A stretch of 64,000 bases of DNA from an uncultured Planctomycetales bacterium (GCA_964595465.1 CAZQQI010000002.1:66078-130077), one strand, 5' to 3'. Numbered from the stretch's first letter, positions 29,674-38,179 are shown. Notes: generated from the letters alone by a model not told the origin. A program made the numbers and translations.

Positions 29674-29736
29674 AATCCTAATTTAGGCAGCTATGTTCTG
29701 AAATATCTTTTTAAATTTTTCTGAGAGGGCTCTGTT

Positions 29737-30750
29737 TTAGAAGCGGTCCCAGATCGCGGCAGGTTCCTGACCGATGCGCCAAAAGGCGACGCCCTTAACT
29801 CTGTTTTCCTGATAAAATTTCAGTTTATTCGCCAGGCTTTGCTGGTCTTCGAAGTGGACCTTGAGGCGGGCGGTTTCCGTGTATTCAAAATACGGGTCAC
29901 CGGTCTCGGTCAGTTTGATCGTGCAGGTCTGGTTTTCGCAGAGTTCCAGGGTTTGGGGGTGTTTGAGGGCGCGGGCAAAGGTCTCAGTCTGCCAGGCCCG
30001 TCCGTAGAGCGGAAGTCCCATAATGAGTTTATCTGCGGGGATGCGTTTCTGGGCGTAATGTAAAATTTTTTCACACCAGGGCAGAGAGGCGATCGGTCCG
30101 GGCTCTCCCGTTCTCCAGTGTTCGTCATAGGCCATGATCATGACGCGGTCGACATGTTCGGCGATTTTAGGATATTCGTACGCGTTTAGATTTTCCCACC
30201 AGCGGGCCGGCACCGCGACCGAAAAAAGGATCTCTTTCGGCAAACGGGAACGGAGGTCTTCAAGCAGGGAAACATAGAGCTGCCGGTCTTCGTAGCGGAC
30301 TGATTCAAAGTCCAGCTGGATCCCGTCAAAATATTCGGCGTAGGACGCGATGTCTTTGATCAGCTGTTCCCGGAAGGGGAGATCCTTACGCAGCATAAAG
30401 TTGGTCAGCATTTTACTGCCGATCATGGAGATGACAATATGAAATTTGGGTGTGCGGTTGAGCCGGGAGGAAAGGTCGGGCGGCCGGATATCGGTGGGGA
30501 TGCGGCCGTTGTCGCCCACACGCGCGCTGAAATAGAGGATATCGCTGAAGGGCATATCATCATGCACGAAATATTCTTCTCCCTGCATGAGATAACCCCA
30601 GGTCTCCTTGAATGAGAGCGGAGAAGATGCCGGCTCGTACGTTTCAGCTGTGCTGACATCAGAACTGACATTGGCGGGCAGGGTGCCGAGTATCAGAAAT
30701 GCGGCTGTCCAAACGATGAGAAAAAAATTTTTAAAGGGTTTCAGGGTCAT
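29737..30750 (-). CDS. Glycoside hydrolase family 18-like (chitinase/YaaH-like) secreted protein with a variant catalytic motif
   Basis: Signal peptide. 'DGIQLDFE' aligns to the GH18 'DGxDxDWE' motif with Q replacing the middle Asp. 'MGLPLYGRAW' matches the GH18 'MGxPxYGRxW'. Confidence 0.55.
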   Translation of the reverse strand: MTLKPFKNFFLIVWTAAFLILGTLPANVSSDVSTAETYEPASSPLSFKETWGYLMQGEEYFVHDDMPFSDILYFSARVGDNGRIPTDIRPPDLSSRLNRTPKFHIVISMIGSKMLTNFMLRKDLPFREQLIKDIASYAEYFDGIQLDFESVRYEDRQLYVSLLEDLRSRLPKEILFSVAVPARWWENLNAYEYPKIAEHVDRVMIMAYDEHWRTGEPGPIASLPWCEKILHYAQKRIPADKLIMGLPLYGRAWQTETFARALKHPQTLELCENQTCTIKLTETGDPYFEYTETARLKVHFEDQQSLANKLKFYQENRVKGVAFWRIGQEPAAIWDRF

Positions 30751-30752
30751 TT

Positions 30753-31310
30753 TTAAGGACTGAGGGTTTTACGTTTTAGTTCTTGCGATTTGTCCGGGTC
30801 ACCGAGTTGTTCCACAAGTGTGAGCGCGAACTCCAAAGCTGTGCCCGGACCGCGGCTGGTTATGAGATTTCCGTCGATAACAACGTTGTCTTCCTTGAAG
30901 GTTGTGTTTGGCGGAAAAGAGTCCTCCATTCCCGGGTAACAGGTGGCCGAGCGGCCGTTCAGGATTTCTGTTTGAGTAAGAACGGCTGCCGGAGCGGCGC
31001 AGATAGCGGCCACGATCTTGTTTTCTTTTGCCATAGCAGAGATCAGGGATAGGACACGAGGGTCTCCGGCCAGGCGCTCCGCTCCGGGAAGTCCGCCGGG
31101 CAGAACGCAGGCATCAAATTCCCCCTGCACGCTGTCTATACGGGTATCTGTTTTTAAAGTGATATCATGAGCGCCGGTCACCCATTCCCGGTCCGCGGTT
31201 AAACCCGCTGTTACAACGTCGGCTCCTGAGCGGCGAAGAATATCAATGACCGTTACGGCTTCTATCTCTTCGAATCCGTCTGCCAGAATTATGAGAATGC
31301 GTTTTGTCAT
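30753..31310 (-). CDS. DJ-1/PfpI (ThiJ) family protein
   Basis: 'ILIILADGFEEIEAVTVIDILRRSGADVV', 'AAICAAPAAVL' nucleophile-elbow motif. Stop is 2 nt before the GH18 gene start (operon). Confidence 0.8.
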   Translation of the reverse strand: MTKRILIILADGFEEIEAVTVIDILRRSGADVVTAGLTADREWVTGAHDITLKTDTRIDSVQGEFDACVLPGGLPGAERLAGDPRVLSLISAMAKENKIVAAICAAPAAVLTQTEILNGRSATCYPGMEDSFPPNTTFKEDNVVIDGNLITSRGPGTALEFALTLVEQLGDPDKSQELKRKTLSP

Positions 31311-31458
31311 GCCGCTCTCCTTTTATACTGAGCATATTGTAAAGGAAAAGGCGAATGATGACAATAGCTAATCTTTTAGGAGAATAAGGTCTATTTTTTA
31401 ACGGGTTCGCACGGTATAATAAAAACAAATTTAAGAAACCAAAACGAAGGAGGGGGAG

Positions 31459-32046
31459 ATGAAGGCAGTCACGAAACTGGGAATCTTATTGGTAGCGGTT
31501 ATGATGTTTATGGCGCCGCAGGCAGTCAACGCACAAGAAACGGAAGAGGTTTATCCCGCACAGTTGTCACTGTTTAATCCGATCCAGGTTTTTCCACAGG
31601 ACACATCTATTCATGGTTTGCGGATCAACCTGCTTTACGGCGCAAATGAAAATGTGACCGGTCTTGATCTCGGGTTGGCTAATGTTACAAATGGTGACCT
31701 GACAGGGATCGGCTATGGCCTGATCAACTATACTGGCGGCAATGTTTACGGGGCTTCAGAAGGCTTGCTGACCATTGTCGAAGGTGATGTGAGCGGCGCG
31801 GCCGCAGGTTTTGTCAGCTATGTTAACGGGGAATTGAGGGGCGCCCAGATGGGACTGGTGAGTTATGCCAGCAGTGCCAAAGGGATGCAGTTTGGTGCCC
31901 TGAACTATACGGAAGACATGGAAGGGTTTCAGCTGGGTCTGATCAACTGGACACAGCGTCTGAGCGGTCTGCAGATCGGTTTGATCAATGTGGCGTCGGA
32001 TAAAGAGATGCTGCCGGTCCTGCCGTTCATCAACGCGGCCTGGTAA
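31459..32046 (+). CDS. Secreted protein built from degenerate 15-residue repeats (G-x3-G-L-x-N/S-x-x-x-G-x3)
   Basis: Signal peptide ('...PQAVNA'). At least six tandem 15-aa units (GLRINLLYGANENVT / GLDLGLANVTNGDLT / GIGYGLINYTGGNVY / GASEGLLTIVEGDVS / GAAAGFVSYVNGELR ...). GGAGG RBS. Confidence 0.5.
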   Translation: MKAVTKLGILLVAVMMFMAPQAVNAQETEEVYPAQLSLFNPIQVFPQDTSIHGLRINLLYGANENVTGLDLGLANVTNGDLTGIGYGLINYTGGNVYGASEGLLTIVEGDVSGAAAGFVSYVNGELRGAQMGLVSYASSAKGMQFGALNYTEDMEGFQLGLINWTQRLSGLQIGLINVASDKEMLPVLPFINAAW

Positions 32047-32075
32047 CAGCTTTCGGCTGAAATGGATCATTAAAG

Positions 32076-32110
32076 GGGCTGTCCTCATTGTGAGGGCAGT
32101 CCTTTTTTAT
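32076..32110 (+). terminator. Rho-independent terminator
   Basis: 'GCTGTCCTC-attgt-GAGGGCAGTCCTTTTTTATTTT': stem with one G:U pair, then a T-run. Confidence 0.65.
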
Positions 32111-32126
32111 TTTGTCATGCTTGTCC

Positions 32127-32155
32127 TTGTCAAGCCCGGGGAATTGGGTTAGAAT
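32127..32155 (+). promoter_or_regulatory. Sigma70-like promoter TTGTCA-N17-TAGAAT
   Basis: Seen directly 11 bp upstream of the heptosyltransferase ATG region. Confidence 0.5.
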
Positions 32156-32165
32156 TTAAGCCGTC

Positions 32166-33248
32166 ATGTCCAAAAACTATCTCATTTTAAATACCTACGG
32201 CATCGGGGATGTGATGTTTTCCACGCCTTTGCTGGAAAGCATCAAGGCGTATCAGCCTGACGCTCGAATCGTGTATCTTTGCGACCGCCGGACGCAGGAG
32301 ATCCTGGACGATCATCCTCAGGTTGACCGGGTCCTGGTTTATGAAAAGGACGAATTTGTCAAAGAGAAGCAGCGGTCTTTTTCCGGATGGTTAAAAAAAT
32401 GGAAAATTCTTTTGGATCAGATCCGGGAGGAGGGATGCGACACAGCGATCGACCTTTCGTTGAGTTCCAAGATCGGCCTGATCCCGGTCTTGGCAGGGAT
32501 CAAAAAACGCGTTGGGCTGAATTATAAAAATCGCGGACGTTATTTAACAGATAAAATTGATATCTACGGCTTTGAGGGAAAGCATGTCGTAGATTTTTAT
32601 CTGGATGTGATCAGAATTATGGGAATTCCTGTTGCCGGCAGCGGGCTGACACTGGGGATCAGCGTGGCGCGGCGGGAATGGTCCGACGGCTTTCTGAAAA
32701 CACATGGTATCAATGCGTCTGATTTTCTGGTCGGAATAGCGCCTTGCGGCGGGCAGACACTTAATGACCGTGCTCACATCAAACAGTGGCCAGCCCAACA
32801 TTTTGTTGCACTGATCGACTGGCTGCAGAACGAATATCAGGCGCAGGTTCTTTTGTTCGGAGCTCCGCATGAAAAAAAGCAGATCGATGAGATCTGTTCG
32901 ACTGTCAACCAGCCTCAGCGCTGCCTTGCAGTCTGCGATGCCTCTTTAATGCAGTGTGCTGCCTTGATCGATCACTGCCGACTGTTTATCGGAAATGACA
33001 CGGGTCTTCTGCGGTTCGCTGACGCGCTGAAAAAGAAGACGGTGGGGATATTCGGCCCTGTTGATGAACGTGTTTATGGAATGTTCCCGTTCGATCCCCA
33101 GACCCAGGCATATCTGACAGCTGACGTCATGTGCCGTCCGTGCTACCACCGTTTCCGCTTTGCTGAATGCCGGAATCAATACCGCTGTATAAAAGATATT
33201 TCCGTGACTACAGCCGTCAAGCATTTGGAAATAATATCTAAAATTTAG
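32166..33248 (+). CDS. Glycosyltransferase family 9 (ADP-heptose:LPS heptosyltransferase-like)
   Basis: 'ILNTYGIGDVMFSTPLLESIK' N-terminal GT9 motif. C-terminal 'GNDTGLLRFADAL' nucleotide-sugar-binding region. Confidence 0.75.
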   Translation: MSKNYLILNTYGIGDVMFSTPLLESIKAYQPDARIVYLCDRRTQEILDDHPQVDRVLVYEKDEFVKEKQRSFSGWLKKWKILLDQIREEGCDTAIDLSLSSKIGLIPVLAGIKKRVGLNYKNRGRYLTDKIDIYGFEGKHVVDFYLDVIRIMGIPVAGSGLTLGISVARREWSDGFLKTHGINASDFLVGIAPCGGQTLNDRAHIKQWPAQHFVALIDWLQNEYQAQVLLFGAPHEKKQIDEICSTVNQPQRCLAVCDASLMQCAALIDHCRLFIGNDTGLLRFADALKKKTVGIFGPVDERVYGMFPFDPQTQAYLTADVMCRPCYHRFRFAECRNQYRCIKDISVTTAVKHLEIISKI

Positions 33249-33338
33249 TGTGCGAGGTGCAATTAGATAAGAAGCTATGCGGTAGGTTTTTGGTGACTCC
33301 GCTGCTCAGTTTTACAAATAAAAAATGGGGAATGAGAT

Positions 33339-34451
33339 GTGTCCTTTAATCAAAAAAAACGTCCGAATATATTATTTTCTACTACCCGCCAATGGAACCC
33401 GGGTGATGAATTTATATTACATGGAATCCAAAATATTCTTCGAGAATTATTAGAAGGATATAACGCTATTATTTTTAACCGCAGTCCAGAAATGAAACAT
33501 AAAGAAGAACCCACTATTAGTTTTCAGCTTAAACTTCGCTCGCTTAGTTGTAAGCGTCTTCAGTTAACTAGATATGATAATTCTTTCAAAGAAGCTGTCT
33601 TGTATGAAAATTTTATTGATATCGTTATTTTGGCCGGGACACCGGAATGGGCAAGTCACCGGATGAATGTATTATATGAATATATCTTAACGCATTCGAT
33701 ACCTGCTCTTTACATCGGCATCGGAGCGGGATCATCGGATATTGATTTTGATTCTTTGCGGGGAGGGTGCAAAAAAGTAATATCGAATGCTCCCTTGATC
33801 ACGGTGCGTGACCGGATTTTAGAGAAAGCCTTAAAACGATTCAATGCCCATTATCTTCCGTGTCCTGCCTTGCTTTCAGCACCGTCTACTATGGAAAAAC
33901 ATGTTCACACTGTCAAGAAAATCGGATTGATTTATATGGCTAACACTGGCGTCCGTTCCAATACTCTTTTGAATAGTGATTATCAATTTTTAAAAAAATA
34001 TTATCAGACGCTACTTGAACGATACGGCGAACGGTATGAATTCCATTTTATTTGTCATTACATTGACGAACTGCCATATTTTCAGAAAGATTTTTCTGGT
34101 GGAACCTGCACCTATTCATATGATTCAAAAGATTATCCAGATATTTATCAGAAATTTGATATGGTCGTTGGCCCGCGAGTTCATGGTATTGCCATGGCGG
34201 CGTCGTTAGGTATACCCGGTATAAGCATTCAGCATGACGTGCGCGCGCATACATGCGAAGGATTCCTGGCGGAAAAAATAAATATAGCTGATGGTGTAGA
34301 AAGCGCCGTTCAGAAATTTGTCGATCGTGCGGCGCATTCCGATCCGGCCACGATGAGCACCGAGTTGTTGAATAGGAAAGACGAGGTCTATCGGAAGTAT
34401 CTAAAATTGCTGTGGCCTTTTTTCAAAAGCAAGATCAGTCGTTGTTCTTGA
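33339..34451 (+). CDS. Polysaccharide pyruvyl transferase family protein (CsaB/WcaK-like). Markedly AT-rich gene.
   Basis: 370 aa. N-terminal 'TRQWNPGDEFILHGIQNIL' and C-terminal 'VVGPRVHGIAMAASLGIPGISIQHD' regions resemble PS_pyruv_trans. GC is visibly about 35-40% versus about 52% in neighbours. Confidence 0.5.
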   Translation: MSFNQKKRPNILFSTTRQWNPGDEFILHGIQNILRELLEGYNAIIFNRSPEMKHKEEPTISFQLKLRSLSCKRLQLTRYDNSFKEAVLYENFIDIVILAGTPEWASHRMNVLYEYILTHSIPALYIGIGAGSSDIDFDSLRGGCKKVISNAPLITVRDRILEKALKRFNAHYLPCPALLSAPSTMEKHVHTVKKIGLIYMANTGVRSNTLLNSDYQFLKKYYQTLLERYGERYEFHFICHYIDELPYFQKDFSGGTCTYSYDSKDYPDIYQKFDMVVGPRVHGIAMAASLGIPGISIQHDVRAHTCEGFLAEKINIADGVESAVQKFVDRAAHSDPATMSTELLNRKDEVYRKYLKLLWPFFKSKISRCS

Positions 34452-34510
34452 TGATAGATACTCCATAAGATTTTATTTTAAAAAAGCCATTAAAGTAATA
34501 AAAGGATCAA

Positions 34511-36334
34511 GTGGCTGCTCATATCCTCGGAATATCCGCGTTTTACCATGACTCAGCCGCCGCGCTGATCCGCGACGGAGAGATCATCGCCGCGGCTCAG
34601 GAAGAGCGCTTTACCCGAAAAAAGCATGACCATAATTTTCCCGCCCGGGCTGTTAAGTATTGTCTGGATTATGCCGGGATCCGATCCCGGGACCTCACCC
34701 ATGTTGTGTTTTATGATAAGCCGTTCATTAAGTTCGAGCGCCTGCTGGAAACCTATCTGATGACCGCGCCGCTGGGCCTGCGGTCGTTTCTCAAGGCCAT
34801 GCCTCTGTGGCTTAAGGAGAAGCTGTTTCTGCGTGATACGATCGCTGATGAACTGAATTATGACCGAGAGATCCTTTTTGCTGATCATCACGAATCGCAC
34901 GCGGCCAGCGCGTTCTATCCTTCGCCGTTTGAACGGGCCGCGGTCATCACCCTGGACGGGGTAGGAGAATGGTCCACTCTGACTGTCGGTCAGGCTGAGG
35001 GGACCAAGCTGCGGATCTTAAAAGAGATCCGTTTTCCGCATTCCCTGGGCCTGCTGTATTCGGCTTTCACTTACTACACCGGTTTCCGCGTTAATTCCGG
35101 CGAGTATAAATTGATGGGGTTGGCCCCTTACGGTGAACCGCGCTATGTGGATCTGATCAAAGATCATCTGGTCGATATCAAAGAAGACGGATCTTTCCGT
35201 CTGGACCAGCGGTATTTCAATTATTGTTCCGGTCTGACCATGACCAACCGCCGTTTCCACCGCCTTTTTGGACGTCCTAACCGGAAGCCGGAGGCACCGC
35301 TGGAACAATTCCATATGGACGCGGCGCGTTCGATCCAGGCCGTGACCGAGGAGATCATTTTTAAGATCGCCCGTTATGTCCATGAATTGACCGGGGAATC
35401 GAATCTGTGTCTGGCCGGAGGCGTGGCGTTAAATTGTGTGGCCAACGGCAAGATCGTCCAGGAGGGGCCATTTGACCGGGTCTGGATCCAGCCGGCAGCG
35501 TCTGACGCAGGCGGAGCACTCGGCGCGGCGTTGGCGGTCTGGCATAATCATTTGGGTAAGCCCCGCTTCCCGGACAAGGCGCGCGATTTACAAAAATCTT
35601 CTCTGCTGGGTCCGGAGTTTTCAGATCAGGAAATCTGTACTTTTCTCGATTCCCGCGGCGCGGTCTATGAGCGTCTGGATGATGCCGAGTTATTTCAACG
35701 GGCGGCTGATATTTTGGCTGATGAACAGGTGGTGGGTTGGTTTCAGGGGCGGATGGAATTCGGGCCGCGGGCTTTGGGCAATCGCAGTATTCTGGCTGAT
35801 CCCCGTTCGGAAAAGATGCAGAGCGTCATGAACCTTAAGATCAAATTTCGTGAATCGTTCCGGCCGTTCGCTCCGAGTGTTCTGCAGGAGCATGCCGGTG
35901 AATATTTTGACTATGACGGGGAAAGCCCGTACATGCTTCTGGTGAGCGGGATCCGGCAGGACCGCAGAAATCTAGATCCCCGGGGAGAAAGGGGCGTGAC
36001 CGGGCTGGATAAACTTAAGATCAAACGATCAGATATTCCCGCTGTGACGCATGTGGATTATACCGCCCGGGTGCAGACGGTAGCGGAGCAGACGAACTCC
36101 CGTTATTACGCTTTGCTCAAGGCCTTTCATCAAAAGACCGGCTGTCCGATCCTGATCAACACCTCGTTTAATGTGCGCGGAGAACCTATCGTCTGCACCC
36201 CGGAAGATGCCTATAATTGCCTTCTGCGGACCCATATGGACGTCCTGATCATGGGGAATTATGTCATCCGGCGTAAAGACCAGCAGCAAAACGATATCCA
36301 AGCAGGAGACCTCAGTGAGTTTGTTCCGGATTAA
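34511..36334 (+). CDS. NodU/CmcH-family carbamoyltransferase (GTG start)
   Basis: 'ILGISAFYHDSAAALIRDGEIIAAAQEERFTRKKHD' N-terminal Kae1/YgjD-like domain. C-terminal 'GPRALGNRSILADPR' carbamoyltransferase motif. Confidence 0.85.
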   Translation: MAAHILGISAFYHDSAAALIRDGEIIAAAQEERFTRKKHDHNFPARAVKYCLDYAGIRSRDLTHVVFYDKPFIKFERLLETYLMTAPLGLRSFLKAMPLWLKEKLFLRDTIADELNYDREILFADHHESHAASAFYPSPFERAAVITLDGVGEWSTLTVGQAEGTKLRILKEIRFPHSLGLLYSAFTYYTGFRVNSGEYKLMGLAPYGEPRYVDLIKDHLVDIKEDGSFRLDQRYFNYCSGLTMTNRRFHRLFGRPNRKPEAPLEQFHMDAARSIQAVTEEIIFKIARYVHELTGESNLCLAGGVALNCVANGKIVQEGPFDRVWIQPAASDAGGALGAALAVWHNHLGKPRFPDKARDLQKSSLLGPEFSDQEICTFLDSRGAVYERLDDAELFQRAADILADEQVVGWFQGRMEFGPRALGNRSILADPRSEKMQSVMNLKIKFRESFRPFAPSVLQEHAGEYFDYDGESPYMLLVSGIRQDRRNLDPRGERGVTGLDKLKIKRSDIPAVTHVDYTARVQTVAEQTNSRYYALLKAFHQKTGCPILINTSFNVRGEPIVCTPEDAYNCLLRTHMDVLIMGNYVIRRKDQQQNDIQAGDLSEFVPD

Positions 36335-36728
36335 AAGCACAGAGAAAGAGCTGCGGCGTTTCGGTCTGATCCTGGGGATCGTATGGTCGTTGTTCGGCAT
36401 ATATCATCTCATCAGAGGTCATGCCGGACATGCTGTGGTCCTGATCCCTCTGGGGGCGGCCTTTCTGCTGCCGGTGATCATCCGGCGCCCGGGGTGGCTG
36501 CGGCCGGTGCATTGGCTGATGGCCGCGGCTTTCCGCTGTGTCATGCGGCTGACCACGGATGTCGTCCTGACGTTGTGTTTTTATCTGGTTTTCACGCCGA
36601 TCGGTTTATTGATGCGCTTTCTGGGCAAAGACCTTTTATCCCGGAAGATCGAGCGTCAGCTTGAGAGCTACTGGAGCGATCCCGAGCGGAAAGAATTTGA
36701 TCCGGATCATTATACAAAACAATTTTAG
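36315..36728 (+). CDS. SxtJ-like small membrane protein (conserved partner of NodU-type carbamoyltransferases)
   Basis: GTG at 36315 with an AGGAG RBS 5 nt upstream. Overlaps the carbamoyltransferase stop. 3-4 TM helices. Position and size match SxtJ-family genes. Confidence 0.45.
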   Translation: MSLFRIKSTEKELRRFGLILGIVWSLFGIYHLIRGHAGHAVVLIPLGAAFLLPVIIRRPGWLRPVHWLMAAAFRCVMRLTTDVVLTLCFYLVFTPIGLLMRFLGKDLLSRKIERQLESYWSDPERKEFDPDHYTKQF

Positions 36729-36744
36729 TAAAGAAGGGGGCGTT

Positions 36745-36903
36745 ATGAGCAAGGTCGGATTAGTTAAAGAATTCTGGGAGTTCATGAAGACCCGCAAACG
36801 CTACTGGCTGGCGCCGATCATTGTTATTCTTTTTTTATTAGGCCTCTTGATCGTTCTGACCGAGAGTTCTGCCGTGGCCCCGTTTATCTACACACTTTTT
36901 TAA
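36745..36903 (+). CDS. DUF5989-family (SxtK-like) mini-protein
   Basis: 'MSKVGLVKEFWEFMKTRKRYWLAPIIVILFLLGLLIVLTESSAVAPFIYTLF' matches the DUF5989 consensus (…EFWxFLRxRKKYWLxPI…GSAxAPFIYTLF) as remembered. AGGGGG RBS. Confidence 0.6.
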   Translation: MSKVGLVKEFWEFMKTRKRYWLAPIIVILFLLGLLIVLTESSAVAPFIYTLF

Positions 36904-37061
36904 TGATCAGCTCTTAAACGCCTCACCATAGCATGACAATTCATCAGATTTGAATCATGGGCATTTTTTGTTTTTTTTATGCGCGAACTGTCTTGCCTGA
37001 TCCCGCGAGGTTTTCTGTATTTCTGATTTTGAGTGCCGTTCCTGTGTGATATACTTGACAT

Positions 37062-37877
37062 ATGAATGATTCCGGCGAGCGTGATCCTGAAAAAGTTATT
37101 ATGGTAGTCGATGACGAGCAGACTGTCAGGGATATGCTGTCCCTGACCCTGGAGGATGCCGGCTACCATGTCGTTCTTTTTCCTGGAGCAAAGCCGGCCC
37201 TTGAGTATCTTCAATCCGCATCTGCGGACCTTATCATCACCGATGTCCTGATGCCTGAAATGGATGGGTATGCGTTCTACAAAACATTAAAAGAAACTCC
37301 GCGTCATGCCGATATTCCGGTTATCATTTTGACGGCCCGGGGGGCAATGGAAGACGCTTTTGAAGCGGTCGGAGTGGACGCGTTTTTAGAAAAAACAGCC
37401 GGGACAGAGGCTTTACTCAAATGTGTTTCCGACTTGATCCAGCATGCCCCGGTGGTCAAACGTTCACAAATCCCGCGCAGGATCCTGATCTTTGGTACGT
37501 ATCCGGAGACTGTAGACGATATGGTCGAGTTGATCGGAGCGCGCCGTCATGTGGTGGAGACCGTTTCAAAGGCCTCAGATGTGATATCCCGCACGGTGGA
37601 ATTTAAAGAAGATATTCTCATCATGGAAGTTCAAATGGAGAACGGTGAACCGGCCGAAGATGTGATACGGGCTGTGCGCCTGCTTCCCCAGGGTAAAGAT
37701 ATTCCAATCCTGCTCTACAGTTTTTACCGGGTTTCGGAACTCGGCAGTGATGATTTCCGCAAAAAGATCCTGAATATCGAAAAGTCTGCCGAGCGCTGTA
37801 TTACGGCCGGAGGAACAGAATATTTTGACCGTTTTAATGAACTGACCTTCCCGGAACAGCTGCAGAAGTACCTTTAG
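37062..37877 (+). CDS. Orphan response regulator: canonical REC domain followed by a degenerate pseudo-receiver, with no output domain
   Basis: 'VIMVVDDEQTV...LIITDVLMPEMDG...PVIILTA' REC. The C-terminal half is REC-like, but the phospho-acceptor position reads 'IMEVQM' (Glu). Confidence 0.7.
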   Translation: MNDSGERDPEKVIMVVDDEQTVRDMLSLTLEDAGYHVVLFPGAKPALEYLQSASADLIITDVLMPEMDGYAFYKTLKETPRHADIPVIILTARGAMEDAFEAVGVDAFLEKTAGTEALLKCVSDLIQHAPVVKRSQIPRRILIFGTYPETVDDMVELIGARRHVVETVSKASDVISRTVEFKEDILIMEVQMENGEPAEDVIRAVRLLPQGKDIPILLYSFYRVSELGSDDFRKKILNIEKSAERCITAGGTEYFDRFNELTFPEQLQKYL

Positions 37878-37950
37878 GATGTTCATTACCTATTTCCGCG
37901 ATAATTCTTTGCTTTCCTGCTTAAAAATCGTTAATATATTACCCTAGTAG

Positions 37951-38090
37951 TGTCCAAATTAAGAAGCATAATACGACGATGATAGACATATCGGACATAA
38001 AACTTAAAGCATGTCATTCCGGGCGAAGTCCCGGAATCTTATCGTCGAGATTCCTGCATACGCAGGAATGACAGCCGTCTAATTTGGACA
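37951..38090. other. 140-bp structured element bounded by an 11-bp inverted repeat (TGTCCAAATTA … TAATTTGGACA), with mutually exclusive internal hairpins. Either a MITE-like repeat or an ilvD leader RNA.
   Basis: Seen directly. Internal 'ATTCCGGG-cgaagt-CCCGGAAT' and 'ATTCCTGC-atac-GCAGGAAT' hairpins compete with an outer stem GTCATTCC/GGAATGAC. Confidence 0.45.
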
Positions 38091-38179
38091 GTTATGATAT
38101 TACCCATTTAATAATTTTTTGTAATACGTGAATATTTACCACAACGTGGGAATGTTCCTAAATTGTACAGGAGGGAAGG

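Noticed and set aside
31390-31420. 'GGGTTCGCACGG' resembling a tRNA T-arm. General search for tRNA/rRNA genes.
   Set aside because: No acceptor-stem complement, no D-arm or anticodon structure around it. No GGTTCGAATCC-type T-loops anywhere in intergenic DNA. No rRNA-like conserved stretches.
36904-36980. Possible terminator after the DUF5989 gene (weak CATGA…TCATG stem followed by ATTTTTTGTTTTTTTT)
   Set aside because: The T-tract is convincing but the preceding stem is short with an 18-nt loop. Left as unscored. It may still function as a terminator.
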